A stretch of DNA of 44,084 nt from a virus (taxonomy: Duplodnaviria > Caudoviricetes), in IMG/VR virus record IMGVR_UViG_3300012940_000012, positions 1 through 44,084 of that record. The stretch is one strand, 5' to 3'. Under the pieces are notes generated by a model. The model was not told where the DNA came from. It was given only the letters and a program-made list of their open reading frames with translations, and ran no database searches. This document shows, piece after piece, positions 6,010 through 16,222 of the stretch (position 1 is its first letter; every line of letters begins with the position of its first letter). Made by a program: the position numbers and the translations under genes.

Positions 6010-8728
6010 TCGGCCGCAGTTTGAAGTAGCTGCCGCGCTTGATCGTCGGGGCGCCGCCTGGCGCAGCGCTGAACTGGAACTGCGGGATGATCGTTCCGCC
6101 GGCGTTGATGCGCATTGTGCCGCTCAACTTGACCTGCACGTTTTCGGTGGCGCTGGTATTCGCAGCCGTAAGCGTTAGGAGCGACGCCGCGCTGCCCATG
6201 ATCTGCTGCACGTTGGCGAGCGCGTTGCCGGTCGGGTTCGTCACCTGCGCCAGATAGTCGATGGATGTGAATGTCGCCGTGCCGCCGAACAAGACGCCCG
6301 TCGTGTGTGACGTGGTGCCGGCTGCCCGCGTGATCCAGTACTGAGCTTCGAATTCGTACAGCGTGCCCGCATCTACGGTGACAGCATCACCCGTAGAGCC
6401 GAAGACAGGCTGCGCGGTGTTGACATTACTGCCTGTCAGATCGGATGCGACGGTGCTGATCCACGGCTCGCCGACGTCGACGTAGGAATGGCCGCCGAGC
6501 AGCTCATAAGGTGAAAAGTTTCCGGTGGAAATAAGCCCATGCACCGAATTGTAGTCGCAGGCGCCGAACTCGCGGAAGCCGACGCTCAGATTATCGCGCG
6601 TGTTGACATTGACGAACTGGCAATTCGTCGACGCGTTGAGAAACACGCCGGAGCCTGTGTTTTTACGCGAGCGCAGATTGGCAATTTGCACGTTGGCGCA
6701 AGTTTCCATGTAGACGCCATGCGCGCCTGCCGCGGCGCCTACGAGATCGGCGTTGCCCTCGACAAAGAGGTTGGCAATCTGCGCGTTCGTGACACTCGTC
6801 ATCAGCACGGCGCTTGTGAGGTTTTGGTATACCTCCAGGTTCCTCGCTGCCAAATTGTTGACGGTGATCAGGCTCACGCCCGGCCCGGTGCTGTTATCAA
6901 AGAGGCAGCGGTCCATCCAGACCGATATTGCGTTCTGAACGACTAGCCCGATTGCCCCAGCCTGCGGGGTCGTGCCGACTTGGCCGACGACGTCGAAGCG
7001 ATTGAATTCGATGCCGATGGTATCCTCAAACCGCGCGCCTTCCCAGGTCACCGTGCTGAGGTCCATCGTTCGGTCAACAACGCATCCGTTCAGGTAGAAA
7101 AAGCCGCGAGACTTGCGGCTGTAAAACTGACGCCCGCGCGTCAACTCGCACCGCAGGTCTTCCCACCAAGCTTCGACGATGTAGTTTGAGCCCGGCGTCT
7201 CGTCGCCAACAGCCTCAACGCAATTCAGGAACCGAATATCTTTCAGGTAAGTCCGGTAAACGACGCCGGAAGATAAGCCGTAACGGATGGCGGTCGACGA
7301 CGCCCCCGAGCCGTTCATGTCGATGGTCACACCACTGATGCCGGACGCAATCTGATATCCGGTCAAGCGGAAGAAACAATTCGACCCCGTTACAGTGCTC
7401 TTGAGGGTGACACGGTTCTCACCGCAAATGCGCTGGCCCGTCCCCACCGTGATGGTGTTTGTCCCGAAGTGATAGCCCGCGGCCGTGTACGGAATCAGCA
7501 CCTCGCGGCCGGTAGCCAGCGCCGCCGTCAGCGCCGCGGCGTTTACTGCGGCGTTGGCGACGTTGCCGTCGCCGATCGCACCATAGTCGAGGATGTTGAC
7601 GAGCCCGCCAACGCCTTCGACCGTGCCGGCACTGTTCTTCGTATAGAGCCGCCCGTCGTTCTTGGCCCACAGAACTTTCTGACCGGCCGCCGGCGTTGCC
7701 GGGACAGAGGCCTGCTCGACGAGCGTCAGGATCGGAGCCTGGAAGTTGACGGAGCTTGTTATCTTGCCCGTCGAATGCGTCAGACGCGCATCGTTGTTAC
7801 CCCAGTCGAGGACGGTTCCTGCCGCAAAGTATGCGCTGCCCCAGCCGAAGCCACCGGCCGCCCCGAGCGTCATCCCTCCGTTGGTTAGCGGCCTGATGTG
7901 GTTGACGTTCCAGAGCAGCTTGGCGGTGCCGGCGATGGTGCACGCCATGTTGCCGGCGGCGAGCAGATAGAAACCCGTGTTGTTCTCACCAGCAAAGCCG
8001 ATGGGCGGAGCAGTCTGCGAACCATTTGGAACGATGATCGGCCCCGTCATCGTGCCGCCGGCGAGCGGCAGGAAATCGTCCAGCAGCGCCACTGCCGCGG
8101 CCTCGGCCGCGACCGCCCCATCGCGCGCGTTCTCAGCGAGAATTTGGGCGGCTTCTGTGGCCGCTCGATCGTCGGATGCCGAAGCCGCGGCGGCGACCGC
8201 GGTGGCCGTGGCTCCGGCTGTCGCGGCGTCGAGCACGTCCTGGATCTGCCCGAGGTTGACGGCGTCGGTCGGATCGACCGCATTGCCCACGTTCGTCAGC
8301 CGCAGGCCTTCCATGTCGAAGGCATCGGGATCGAACCGCGACGTCTTGAACGCGCGCTCGACCTCGCGCTGCATTTCCTGCAGCTGCGCGAACGTCATGT
8401 TCTGGTCGAGGTTGAGGAACGTCGGCGTCACCGACCGTTCGGCCGTGTAGGTAGTGATGCGCGCCACGTCGCGCGCGCCCACCAGAACGATCTTGTCGCC
8501 CTCTTCGGCGGCGACCAGTAGCAGCACCGAGAAGCCGGTGCTGGTGCTACCTGCCCCGGTCACCGAATAATCGGCATCGAGCACGAGCTCCGCCTCGACG
8601 CCCGCGCGCAGGCGCAGCACCTGCAGGTCCGCTGCCGCATACAGCGGCCAGTCCTGCGTAAATGGCCCCACCTGGCCGGCTGTCAGCGTGTAGATCGGCG
8701 AGATGCGGAGCGAGAAGGGGAGCGCCAT
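5969..8728 (-). CDS. Tailspike / depolymerase with right-handed beta-helix
   Basis: Podovirus-type N-terminal anchor (DYSVTGAG...), DAVNLGQ and LPLAGGTMTG motifs, VNILDYGAIGDG pectate-lyase-3 start, Asn-rich beta-helix repeats, C-terminal beta-rich domain. Confidence 0.9.
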   Translation of the reverse strand: MALPFSLRISPIYTLTAGQVGPFTQDWPLYAAADLQVLRLRAGVEAELVLDADYSVTGAGSTSTGFSVLLLVAAEEGDKIVLVGARDVARITTYTAERSVTPTFLNLDQNMTFAQLQEMQREVERAFKTSRFDPDAFDMEGLRLTNVGNAVDPTDAVNLGQIQDVLDAATAGATATAVAAAASASDDRAATEAAQILAENARDGAVAAEAAAVALLDDFLPLAGGTMTGPIIVPNGSQTAPPIGFAGENNTGFYLLAAGNMACTIAGTAKLLWNVNHIRPLTNGGMTLGAAGGFGWGSAYFAAGTVLDWGNNDARLTHSTGKITSSVNFQAPILTLVEQASVPATPAAGQKVLWAKNDGRLYTKNSAGTVEGVGGLVNILDYGAIGDGNVANAAVNAAALTAALATGREVLIPYTAAGYHFGTNTITVGTGQRICGENRVTLKSTVTGSNCFFRLTGYQIASGISGVTIDMNGSGASSTAIRYGLSSGVVYRTYLKDIRFLNCVEAVGDETPGSNYIVEAWWEDLRCELTRGRQFYSRKSRGFFYLNGCVVDRTMDLSTVTWEGARFEDTIGIEFNRFDVVGQVGTTPQAGAIGLVVQNAISVWMDRCLFDNSTGPGVSLITVNNLAARNLEVYQNLTSAVLMTSVTNAQIANLFVEGNADLVGAAAGAHGVYMETCANVQIANLRSRKNTGSGVFLNASTNCQFVNVNTRDNLSVGFREFGACDYNSVHGLISTGNFSPYELLGGHSYVDVGEPWISTVASDLTGSNVNTAQPVFGSTGDAVTVDAGTLYEFEAQYWITRAAGTTSHTTGVLFGGTATFTSIDYLAQVTNPTGNALANVQQIMGSAASLLTLTAANTSATENVQVKLSGTMRINAGGTIIPQFQFSAAPGGAPTIKRGSYFKLRPITSAAAAAVGPWA

Positions 8729-8765
8729 GGAGCCTGAACCCTCGAGCTGGAAATGCGAGGTGCTC

Positions 8766-8800
8766 AGGCTAAGCCGCTGGCGGACGTGGAAAGGCGTAGG
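8766..8800 (-). promoter_or_regulatory. Putative late promoter for the tailspike (copy 2)
   Basis: Minus strand CCTACGCCTTTCCA-N15-TAGCCT in the intergenic gap. Confidence 0.75.
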
Positions 8801-8823
8801 CGGCGGCCGCGAAGGTGATGCAA

Positions 8824-11610
8824 CTAGCGTCCGCCCAGAGCCCGCGCCGGATCAGGTGCACGCCGCGGCGCCGTTTCGCCCGGCGCCCACCAGAATTCAT
8901 TGCCGAACTGCTTTTTGCGCTGGCTCGCCCGGCGCCTGAAAGCGGCGCGCGCGTCGGGATCGAGCAGGTGCTGCAGCTGATCGAACACCAGCCGCTCGCC
9001 GGCGAGGCGCAAGTACCAGAGATTGCCGCCCGGCGTGTTCTGCTTGAGGAACTTCGTCAGCTCGCGGCCGAAGTTGGTTTTCTCCTCGCCGAGCTGCACG
9101 ACGTTGCCGACCGTCAGATCGCGCAGGCCGCTCATGCGGTCGACCACCGGACCGGCCACGGTGCCCGACAGGCCGCCGCCCAGGCGGTTGACGTTGCCAA
9201 AGAGGAAATCGCCGTAGATGCCGAGCCCGCCGCCCTGCAGCAGGGCCGCGCCCCAGAAGGCGGGATCGGTCATGTCGCGCGGATCCTGGCCAGCGGCGAG
9301 CGCCTTCAGCTGCATGGCGAGCCCGCCCAGCAGTCCGCTGGTGATCAGCAGCGCGCCGCCATAGAGCGCACCGCGCGCGCCACGGCCGGCGCCCACCTCG
9401 CGGGCGACGCGCGAAGCCTGCAGCATCGCCACCGACACGCCGAAGGATTTGAACAGGGCGAAGTTGCGGATGATCTCACCGACCAGCGTACCCGGGCGCA
9501 CGCCCTGCGTCAGCACCACGCGCGAGCCGACCGTCGCTTCCGGCACGGCATACTTCGTTTCGCGCATGATCATGGCGATGTACTTCTCGGCCAGCGCCCG
9601 ATCGACGCCGGCGATCTCGTTCGGGCGCAGGAAGGTGGCCCCGGCGCGCGGCTCATACAGCTGCACGCGGCGCATCACGTCCCATTCCGCCGGCGTGAAG
9701 CCGTGCCGCTCCAGCGTCAGGCGCAGCGCATCGGGCAGCTTGTCGAAGGCGACGCCGGCGCGCGCGGCGAGCTCGCCCTGAAACGCCAGGCCGAAGGCGT
9801 GCTTGCCCGCTTGCGTCCACGCTGCCAGGCCCTGCATGTGGATGACACGATCGGCGAGGTAACCGCTGATCATCTTGGTATTGACGGAGCCGAGATAGCG
9901 CGACTGCGTATGCATCACGTGCAGCGCATTCTCGGCGATCAGCCACGAGCGCACCGCTTCGCGCCGGTTCTCCTTGCCGAATGCCGACACCAGGTCGCGA
10001 ATGACCGTCGTCGCCGGCAGGCCGGTGAACGTGCGCGCCACCTTCTGGAAGCCGACGTCGGAGAACGCCGAAAGCTGCGCCGATCCGAGGCTCGAGGAAA
10101 TCACCCAGTTGCGCGCCACGTCCGACCAGTTGGCCATGCGCGCCGAGACGGGCGTGTTGACCGATCCGCGCATCACGCCCCACTTGGCTTCGGCGCGGGC
10201 GATGTCCTTGCGCGCGCGATCGAGCGGGTTATCGGTCGGAAACGGCACCTCTTCGAGCCCGTTCAGATCGTCCAGCACGGCGGAGATCTCCGCCTGCAGC
10301 TCGGCCTGGCGCACCGTCGGCGCGATGTTGCCGTCGAGGACATAGGCGGAAAGCTCGTGCTCGAGCTCCAGCAGCTCGCGGTGCAGCGGCTCCATTTTTT
10401 TCTTGCCGCGCTTCGTCGCCCCGTGCGCCGTCTTCGAGCGCAGCGCATCCAGCTCGCGGTGGATGGCGCCGATGCGGTCGACGATCTCGACATCGCGCCC
10501 CGGCGCCTTGCCGAGCTCGGCCGTTAGCGCCTTCATCTGCGCCGTCTTCTCGTCGATCACGGCCGCGCGCGGCTTGACCGTGTGCGCCGCCTTCAGCACG
10601 CGCTGCTTCAGATAGTTGAACATCGCCTCGGGGTTCGGGCCGAACTGCTCGAGGAAGGCGATGTCGCGCGCCATCGTCGAGATATGGCCCATCATCGCCG
10701 CGAACGGATCGCCCTCGCCGAAGTCCTGCTGGTACTTCAGCCAGGCGTCGGCATCCTTGAAAACGAGGAAGCGGTGATCGGCGTGCTGGCGGAACAGCGC
10801 GCCCTTTCCGAAGTTGGCGCCCGTCGCCTCGCGGTCGATCCAGCCTTCGGTGGTGATCGTGTCCCACACGTGGCGCAGGCTGTCCTGCAGTTCCTCGTCG
10901 CCCATGACGCGCTTGGTCAGCGGATGCAGCATCCGGTCGCGATCGAGCATCGGCATGACGTAGTCGACCCAGGCCTCGCGCCCGGCGGCCAGCAATGCCT
11001 CGCCGTTGTTGTGCTGCGGCAGGCCCCACTTTTCGAGGTGGCCGATGGCGCCGCCGGCAGCGTTGAAACGCTGGCGCATGTCCTCGGCGACGTCCGACCA
11101 GGCGCGCGCCATCTGCGCCGCCAGGTCATCGCCGGTTCCCTCGCCGAACAATTCGCGCACGACGTTCTCGAGGCGCGCGCGCGTGCGGCCATACAGCCGC
11201 CGCTTATCGCCGCGCGCCCAGCCCTTGCGCATTTCATAGAGCAGCGTGTCGAGCTTGGCGTGCGCGCCGGCGAGGATGGCGAGGCGCCGGTGCTCGGTGT
11301 CCTGCATGCGGCCTTGGCCGTGGTGCTCGAGCATCAGCTCCAGCGCCTCGGCCGGATCGGCGCGGCCCTTGCCGTCGCGGTGCGCGTCGAGTTCGCTGTC
11401 GACGCGCTGGCGCGCCTGTTCGGTCAGCAGCGCGCGGCGCTGACGCTCGAAGGCTTCGGCCTCGATCTCTGCTGCCAGCGCTTTCTTGATCTCTGCCGGC
11501 GCCAGGATCTGGCGCGTCAGTTGCCCGAGGCGCTTCTCCAGCTCCTGGCGTTCCTCGAGCGTGATCTCGCCGGCGGCGTGCGAACGCGCGATGCAATCCT
11601 TGAGGCTCAT
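8824..11610 (-). CDS. Large internal virion (DNA ejection) protein
   Basis: 928 aa; last of the core-protein genes; C-terminal LFKSF...GGGLGIYGDFLF...PGGNLWY motifs typical of epsilon15/BPP-1-like ejection proteins; ATGA overlap with the upstream gene. Confidence 0.8.
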   Translation of the reverse strand: MSLKDCIARSHAAGEITLEERQELEKRLGQLTRQILAPAEIKKALAAEIEAEAFERQRRALLTEQARQRVDSELDAHRDGKGRADPAEALELMLEHHGQGRMQDTEHRRLAILAGAHAKLDTLLYEMRKGWARGDKRRLYGRTRARLENVVRELFGEGTGDDLAAQMARAWSDVAEDMRQRFNAAGGAIGHLEKWGLPQHNNGEALLAAGREAWVDYVMPMLDRDRMLHPLTKRVMGDEELQDSLRHVWDTITTEGWIDREATGANFGKGALFRQHADHRFLVFKDADAWLKYQQDFGEGDPFAAMMGHISTMARDIAFLEQFGPNPEAMFNYLKQRVLKAAHTVKPRAAVIDEKTAQMKALTAELGKAPGRDVEIVDRIGAIHRELDALRSKTAHGATKRGKKKMEPLHRELLELEHELSAYVLDGNIAPTVRQAELQAEISAVLDDLNGLEEVPFPTDNPLDRARKDIARAEAKWGVMRGSVNTPVSARMANWSDVARNWVISSSLGSAQLSAFSDVGFQKVARTFTGLPATTVIRDLVSAFGKENRREAVRSWLIAENALHVMHTQSRYLGSVNTKMISGYLADRVIHMQGLAAWTQAGKHAFGLAFQGELAARAGVAFDKLPDALRLTLERHGFTPAEWDVMRRVQLYEPRAGATFLRPNEIAGVDRALAEKYIAMIMRETKYAVPEATVGSRVVLTQGVRPGTLVGEIIRNFALFKSFGVSVAMLQASRVAREVGAGRGARGALYGGALLITSGLLGGLAMQLKALAAGQDPRDMTDPAFWGAALLQGGGLGIYGDFLFGNVNRLGGGLSGTVAGPVVDRMSGLRDLTVGNVVQLGEEKTNFGRELTKFLKQNTPGGNLWYLRLAGERLVFDQLQHLLDPDARAAFRRRASQRKKQFGNEFWWAPGETAPRRAPDPARALGGR

Positions 11611-13970
11611 AGCTGGCACCCTTCCACAATGACGCCGATCGCGTTCTCGCGCTTCACTTCCTCAAGCTCGGCGAACAGTGTGCCTTGCCCCTCGTTGCTG
11701 AACGACGCCTGCAGCGCTTCGACTTGGGCTTTTGCTTCCGGCCCGGTGACGTCAGAGAAGCCGTTCGCGCGCAACGGCGCCGGCGGCTCGGCAGCGAGGC
11801 CGGCGAGCCCGTCTTTCTGCAGCGCATCGCGCACGCGCTTGGCGAACGTTTCGGCCGCCTTGCGCACCGGTGCGGCGCTGGCGATGTCGCGCGCCGCCTC
11901 CGTCAGCCAGTCCGACACCGGCCCGCGATTTGCCGCCAGCTGCTCGATCACGGCCGACACCGTCTCCGCCTCGAGGGCGGCCGTGGCGTTGGCGTCGCGC
12001 CGCAATGCATTGCCGGCGCGCTCGATGCGGCCGGCCTCGCGCTCGAGCAAGCCGAAGATGCGCTTGTCCTCGCGCAGGATCTTCAGCGCCGCATCCAGCA
12101 CTTTCGCCCGCTCGCGCAGCAGCGGCCGGGCGATCGTCTCGGCGCCCAGCAGCGTCAGCTGCACCTCGTGCGCGATCGGTGCGTGCATCAGCTCGGAGAC
12201 GATGAAACGCGCCTCTCGCGCATTCGAGGGATCTGCGGCGACGAGCTCGTCGACCATGCCGGAATGCAGCGCCTTGTCGGGCACCAGGTCGCCGATCATC
12301 GCCGCGTGGTTCGGCGGCACGACGCCGGCGACGACTTTGCCGAAGGCATCGTCGGAAAGACGTGCGAGCGAGCGCGCCTGGCGCATGGCTTCGGACGACA
12401 GTGGCACCGAAGCGTCGATGATGTCGGGCCGCTCGCGAATGATCTTGGCGGCGTCGACCGTGGTGCCGGAGCCTTCCTGCAGATTCTTCTTGGCGGCCAG
12501 CGCGCGCACGTCGGCCGGCGTCCAGCCGTCGGCCTCGCGGAACACGAAAGCGGGGAGGGCGATCTCGCTATCGGGCGCACCGGCGAGCAACCGCTTGGCC
12601 AGCGCCAGGCGCTGGTGCCCGTCGGCGATGACGTGGGCTCCGTCCTTGTTTTCGAAAACGATGGCCCGGCCGGCGGCGACAGGGTCCCAGGTCTCGACGC
12701 CGGAGAGGCGCGTCGTGGCGCCTGCGGTGTCGCCGCCGCCCTTGAACTGGAACGTCGCCGGATCGGCGAAGATCTTCGCCGGGTTCACCTCGCGGAACGT
12801 CACCGGCTTTCCCTCGACGGCGAAGCGGCGCGCGTACTGGTTGGCGCCGGGCTCGCCCTTGGGCAGCGGCGCCTCGTCGGAAAGGTCGGGCGAGCGCTGC
12901 GGCAGCACCGGATCGGCGCGGCCGGGTGGCGGCTCCGTATCGTCGGCGATCGACCGTATTGCTTGCGCAAGTCGAGAGAGGCCGTCGCCGTTGTCGACGA
13001 GCGGTGCCGTCACCTCGAGGCCGGCCTCCATCTCGGCGGCCGTAGCAGCGCCCCTGACGGCCGGATCGTCCCCCTGTCCCGTTGCCGCGGCGACCTCGCG
13101 CAAAGCCTCCAGATCGCCGTCTGCGGCCCGGCGCACCACGTTGTCGGCCGGGAGCGTCGCCGCTGCAGCATCGAGCGCGCGATCGGCGGCAGCACCTTGC
13201 GGCGGCGCGGGCTTGGGTTCGCCACGCAACCCGGATGCACCGCGATAGAGCGCGCGGCCACCGCCATCGATGGCGGCGCCGAACAGGAACGCCGCGCCGG
13301 CATTCTGCGCCAACTCGCCGAGCGAGTATTCGAGGCCGGCTTTTTCGCGCCAGGCGCGCACGAACGGATAGGCGGCGACTTCGGTGCCCGCATTGATGGC
13401 GCCCACCTTTGCCGCGTTCCACAGCACTGCGCGGGCGCCGAGGCCGACCTCGGCGAACGGGCCGGCGGCGATTGCCGCGACATTGAGCGGATCGAAGCCG
13501 GCGCCGGCGACCGAGCCCGCCATGCTCGCCAGCCAGGCGCCGGTGCCGCCGCGCGCATAGCTATCGGCCGCAGCATTGATCGAGCGCCGCTGCAGGTCGA
13601 TCGCATCCTCGAGCACGGGACGATCCGGCTTGATGACGTCGCGGAATTGCGGCTGCTGCGCGGCGATATCTTCGAGCCAGCGCTGGAAGTCGGCTTGGTG
13701 GTTGACCTTCTCGCCGGCCTCGATCGCCAGCTGGTCGCCGGCGCTGAGACGGAACGGATTGCGCCCGCGCTGGCCGGTGGCGGCGAAGATCGCGTCGATG
13801 CGCCGGTCATAGGCCTGTTCGAGCGCGACGCCAGAGGCGTTGACGTTGCGGGCGTAGAGCGCTTCGTCGAACGCGTCGCCGAAAATCTCGCCGAGCGAGG
13901 CCTGCGGCTTGAGCCCGGGCGCTTCGGCATAGCTGCCGCCGCGAAGTTCGCGTCGCTCCAGCAGCATCAT
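11607..13970 (-). CDS. Internal virion protein with ParB-like domain
   Basis: N-terminal Gly/Ala-rich hydrophobic region (FDPLNVAAIAAGP); DPATFQFK...WDP...VIADGHQRLALA ParB/Srx-like signature. Confidence 0.75.
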   Translation of the reverse strand: MMLLERRELRGGSYAEAPGLKPQASLGEIFGDAFDEALYARNVNASGVALEQAYDRRIDAIFAATGQRGRNPFRLSAGDQLAIEAGEKVNHQADFQRWLEDIAAQQPQFRDVIKPDRPVLEDAIDLQRRSINAAADSYARGGTGAWLASMAGSVAGAGFDPLNVAAIAAGPFAEVGLGARAVLWNAAKVGAINAGTEVAAYPFVRAWREKAGLEYSLGELAQNAGAAFLFGAAIDGGGRALYRGASGLRGEPKPAPPQGAAADRALDAAAATLPADNVVRRAADGDLEALREVAAATGQGDDPAVRGAATAAEMEAGLEVTAPLVDNGDGLSRLAQAIRSIADDTEPPPGRADPVLPQRSPDLSDEAPLPKGEPGANQYARRFAVEGKPVTFREVNPAKIFADPATFQFKGGGDTAGATTRLSGVETWDPVAAGRAIVFENKDGAHVIADGHQRLALAKRLLAGAPDSEIALPAFVFREADGWTPADVRALAAKKNLQEGSGTTVDAAKIIRERPDIIDASVPLSSEAMRQARSLARLSDDAFGKVVAGVVPPNHAAMIGDLVPDKALHSGMVDELVAADPSNAREARFIVSELMHAPIAHEVQLTLLGAETIARPLLRERAKVLDAALKILREDKRIFGLLEREAGRIERAGNALRRDANATAALEAETVSAVIEQLAANRGPVSDWLTEAARDIASAAPVRKAAETFAKRVRDALQKDGLAGLAAEPPAPLRANGFSDVTGPEAKAQVEALQASFSNEGQGTLFAELEEVKRENAIGVIVEGCQL

Positions 13971-16219
13971 TCGCCTCCGATGAAGAGATCGGGCCGGCGC
14001 TTGCGCAGCGTTGGCTCCAGCGCCTTCAGGTCGAGAATGAATTTTTCATCGGCGTTCGGGTTTGCCATCAACCAGCGCTCGCCGCCGGGCTCGGACGGAT
14101 CTCCCATTGCCACGGCGTATTGGCTATCGCCGACGGGCACGAGCGTGCCCTGCCGGATGGCCGCCATCGGCATGACGCGACCGGTGCCGTCGACGGGGCG
14201 GACGAGGCCGGCGCGATCGAGATCGCCGGCAGTGATGGTATCGCGCAGCTCGTCCCACTTCGATTGCTTCACCGTCGGCGGAATGATGATGCTGTGCTTG
14301 GCCGAAGAGAAAAACCCCGTGTCGAGCTTTTGCGTGACGATGCCGCCGTAGACCTCGCCGGCAATGGTGCGCTCGCCCAGCACCTCGCGCAGCGTCTGCT
14401 GGTAGAGCGTCTCGTCGAATTCCTGCTTTCCGAGCCGCTGCGCGCGCACCTCATAAGCGGCGTTGGCGAGATCGAGCACCGCGGCCTCGGACTTGGGCAT
14501 TTCGGCCAGCGCGTTGCCGAGCACGGGCGCCGCAACCTCGCGCGCCAGCTTTTCCGGTGGCGCATAGAATTTCATGCTGCCGCCCTTCTCCTCGCGCGCC
14601 GCGCGGCGGAAGGCGAAGCCGTCGGCGGCATCGCGCGCCACGGGCGTCGGCCCCGCCGCGGCGACCAGGCCGCCGAGCATCGCCGTCGCCGGCGCCTCGT
14701 TGAACAGCTCCGCCAGCATGCGCGGCGCGCGTTCGCCCGCGACGCTGGCAATCGTCGTGGCGATCGCCAGAGATTGCCCGCCGCCTTGCCCGGCCAGCGC
14801 CGACAGGGCGCGGCGCTCATCGGGACGGAAATACTGCGGCTGCTGACCGTAGGCAGCGCCGACTTCCTCGGCCTGTGCAATGCGCGCCTGCAGCGTGGCG
14901 GTTGCTGCCTGAGGGCTGGAAAAGTCGAGGGGTGCGACCGTCAGCCGGCCGACGTCGTTGGCCCAGCCGTTCGGGTCCTCTTTCAGGCGCGTGCGCATGT
15001 TGCGCTGCAGGTCCTCGCCGAGATCGAGCTCCGCCACCGCGTAGGGCGTCGCGCCCTCCTTGGCGATCTTGTCGCGCTGCATCGTCAGCACGCGATCGAG
15101 CTCGGCCGGCGGCATCATGCGCACCGCCTGCTGGTAGCGCACCAGGCCCTTCACCTCGGCAATGTTCTGCTGCAGCGCCGGCGAGCCGCCGCCGGCGGCC
15201 GACGCGCGCGCCTCGAGGCCGGCGACCTGGTCGGCCGGCACGGCGCCGCCCTTCTTCAGCATCGTCACGATGCTCTTCGTTTCCTCATCGAGCGCGCGCA
15301 CGGCGACGGCGCCCTCGGTTTTGGTGCGCGTCAGGTCGGCGCGCAGCAGCCCGCTCACCTTCTGAAAGCCGGCGAGATCGTATTGCTTGGCGAGACCGCG
15401 CGAGTTGGCGAAATCGTCCTCGAATTGCGCGATGAATTTTTCCTTCTCGCCGACCGTCTTGAGGCGATCGAAGGCGCCGGTGAGACGCGCCGTCGAGATC
15501 GTTTCAAGAGCGTCGGCGTGCACGCGTGCCGCGGCCTCTGGCTCGATCAGGCGCTTGCCGGTGACGTCGGTGCGGGCGAGGACCCCGTCGAGATGCGCGA
15601 CGCCGTCGGCCATGATGCGATCGGCCTCGGCATCGAGCCCGAGGTTATAGGCGCGCTGGTGCATCGTCTTGAGGCCGTCGCCGACCTCGGTCTGCACTGC
15701 CGCCTGCTGCTCGTTGTAGACGCGCTCGACTTGGGCGCGCGCCGCCTGCCGCATGTATGTGATCTTGGCGCCACGCAGCGCCTGTTCCATTGCCGGGCGC
15801 ACTTCCGGCGGCGCCTGGCTGACCCAGCTGGCGCCCTTCTTGTCGAGTTCCGCGTCGAGCTTGGCCGGATCGTTCTGCAGCGCGTCGTAAGCAGCGGCGA
15901 GGTCGCCCTCCATCCCTTGCTTGAGGCGCGTACTGGCGACTTGCATTCCGGCCCGGTCGTAGGCCTGCCCGCGAATGGTCAGTGACTTGGTCGGGCGAAA
16001 CTCGGGATCGAGGCCTGCGAGCCGGCCGGCAGCTTCGCCTTCCTCGGCCGCGGCGACGTCGGCCATCTGTCCGATTTGCGCACCGATGCCGGCGAAGTGG
16101 CGCGACAGCCCGGCAACGCTCTCGCCGGCGCCGGACTGCGGCATCACCTCGACGTGGCCCTGCTGCGCGATGTCCGTCGCCAGACGCACCAGACCGCCGC
16201 TGCGCTGATTGGCTGCCAT
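13967..16219 (-). CDS. Internal virion protein (helical ejection protein)
   Basis: 750 aa Ala/Gln-rich helical protein; position after the tail nozzle and small core protein. Confidence 0.7.
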   Translation of the reverse strand: MAANQRSGGLVRLATDIAQQGHVEVMPQSGAGESVAGLSRHFAGIGAQIGQMADVAAAEEGEAAGRLAGLDPEFRPTKSLTIRGQAYDRAGMQVASTRLKQGMEGDLAAAYDALQNDPAKLDAELDKKGASWVSQAPPEVRPAMEQALRGAKITYMRQAARAQVERVYNEQQAAVQTEVGDGLKTMHQRAYNLGLDAEADRIMADGVAHLDGVLARTDVTGKRLIEPEAAARVHADALETISTARLTGAFDRLKTVGEKEKFIAQFEDDFANSRGLAKQYDLAGFQKVSGLLRADLTRTKTEGAVAVRALDEETKSIVTMLKKGGAVPADQVAGLEARASAAGGGSPALQQNIAEVKGLVRYQQAVRMMPPAELDRVLTMQRDKIAKEGATPYAVAELDLGEDLQRNMRTRLKEDPNGWANDVGRLTVAPLDFSSPQAATATLQARIAQAEEVGAAYGQQPQYFRPDERRALSALAGQGGGQSLAIATTIASVAGERAPRMLAELFNEAPATAMLGGLVAAAGPTPVARDAADGFAFRRAAREEKGGSMKFYAPPEKLAREVAAPVLGNALAEMPKSEAAVLDLANAAYEVRAQRLGKQEFDETLYQQTLREVLGERTIAGEVYGGIVTQKLDTGFFSSAKHSIIIPPTVKQSKWDELRDTITAGDLDRAGLVRPVDGTGRVMPMAAIRQGTLVPVGDSQYAVAMGDPSEPGGERWLMANPNADEKFILDLKALEPTLRKRRPDLFIGGE

Positions 16220-16222
16220 CGG

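Noticed and set aside
5969-8728. Diversity-generating retroelement, as in BPP-1
   Set aside because: No reverse transcriptase or Avd-like ORF, and no TR/VR repeat pair seen; the receptor-binding protein is a beta-helix tailspike
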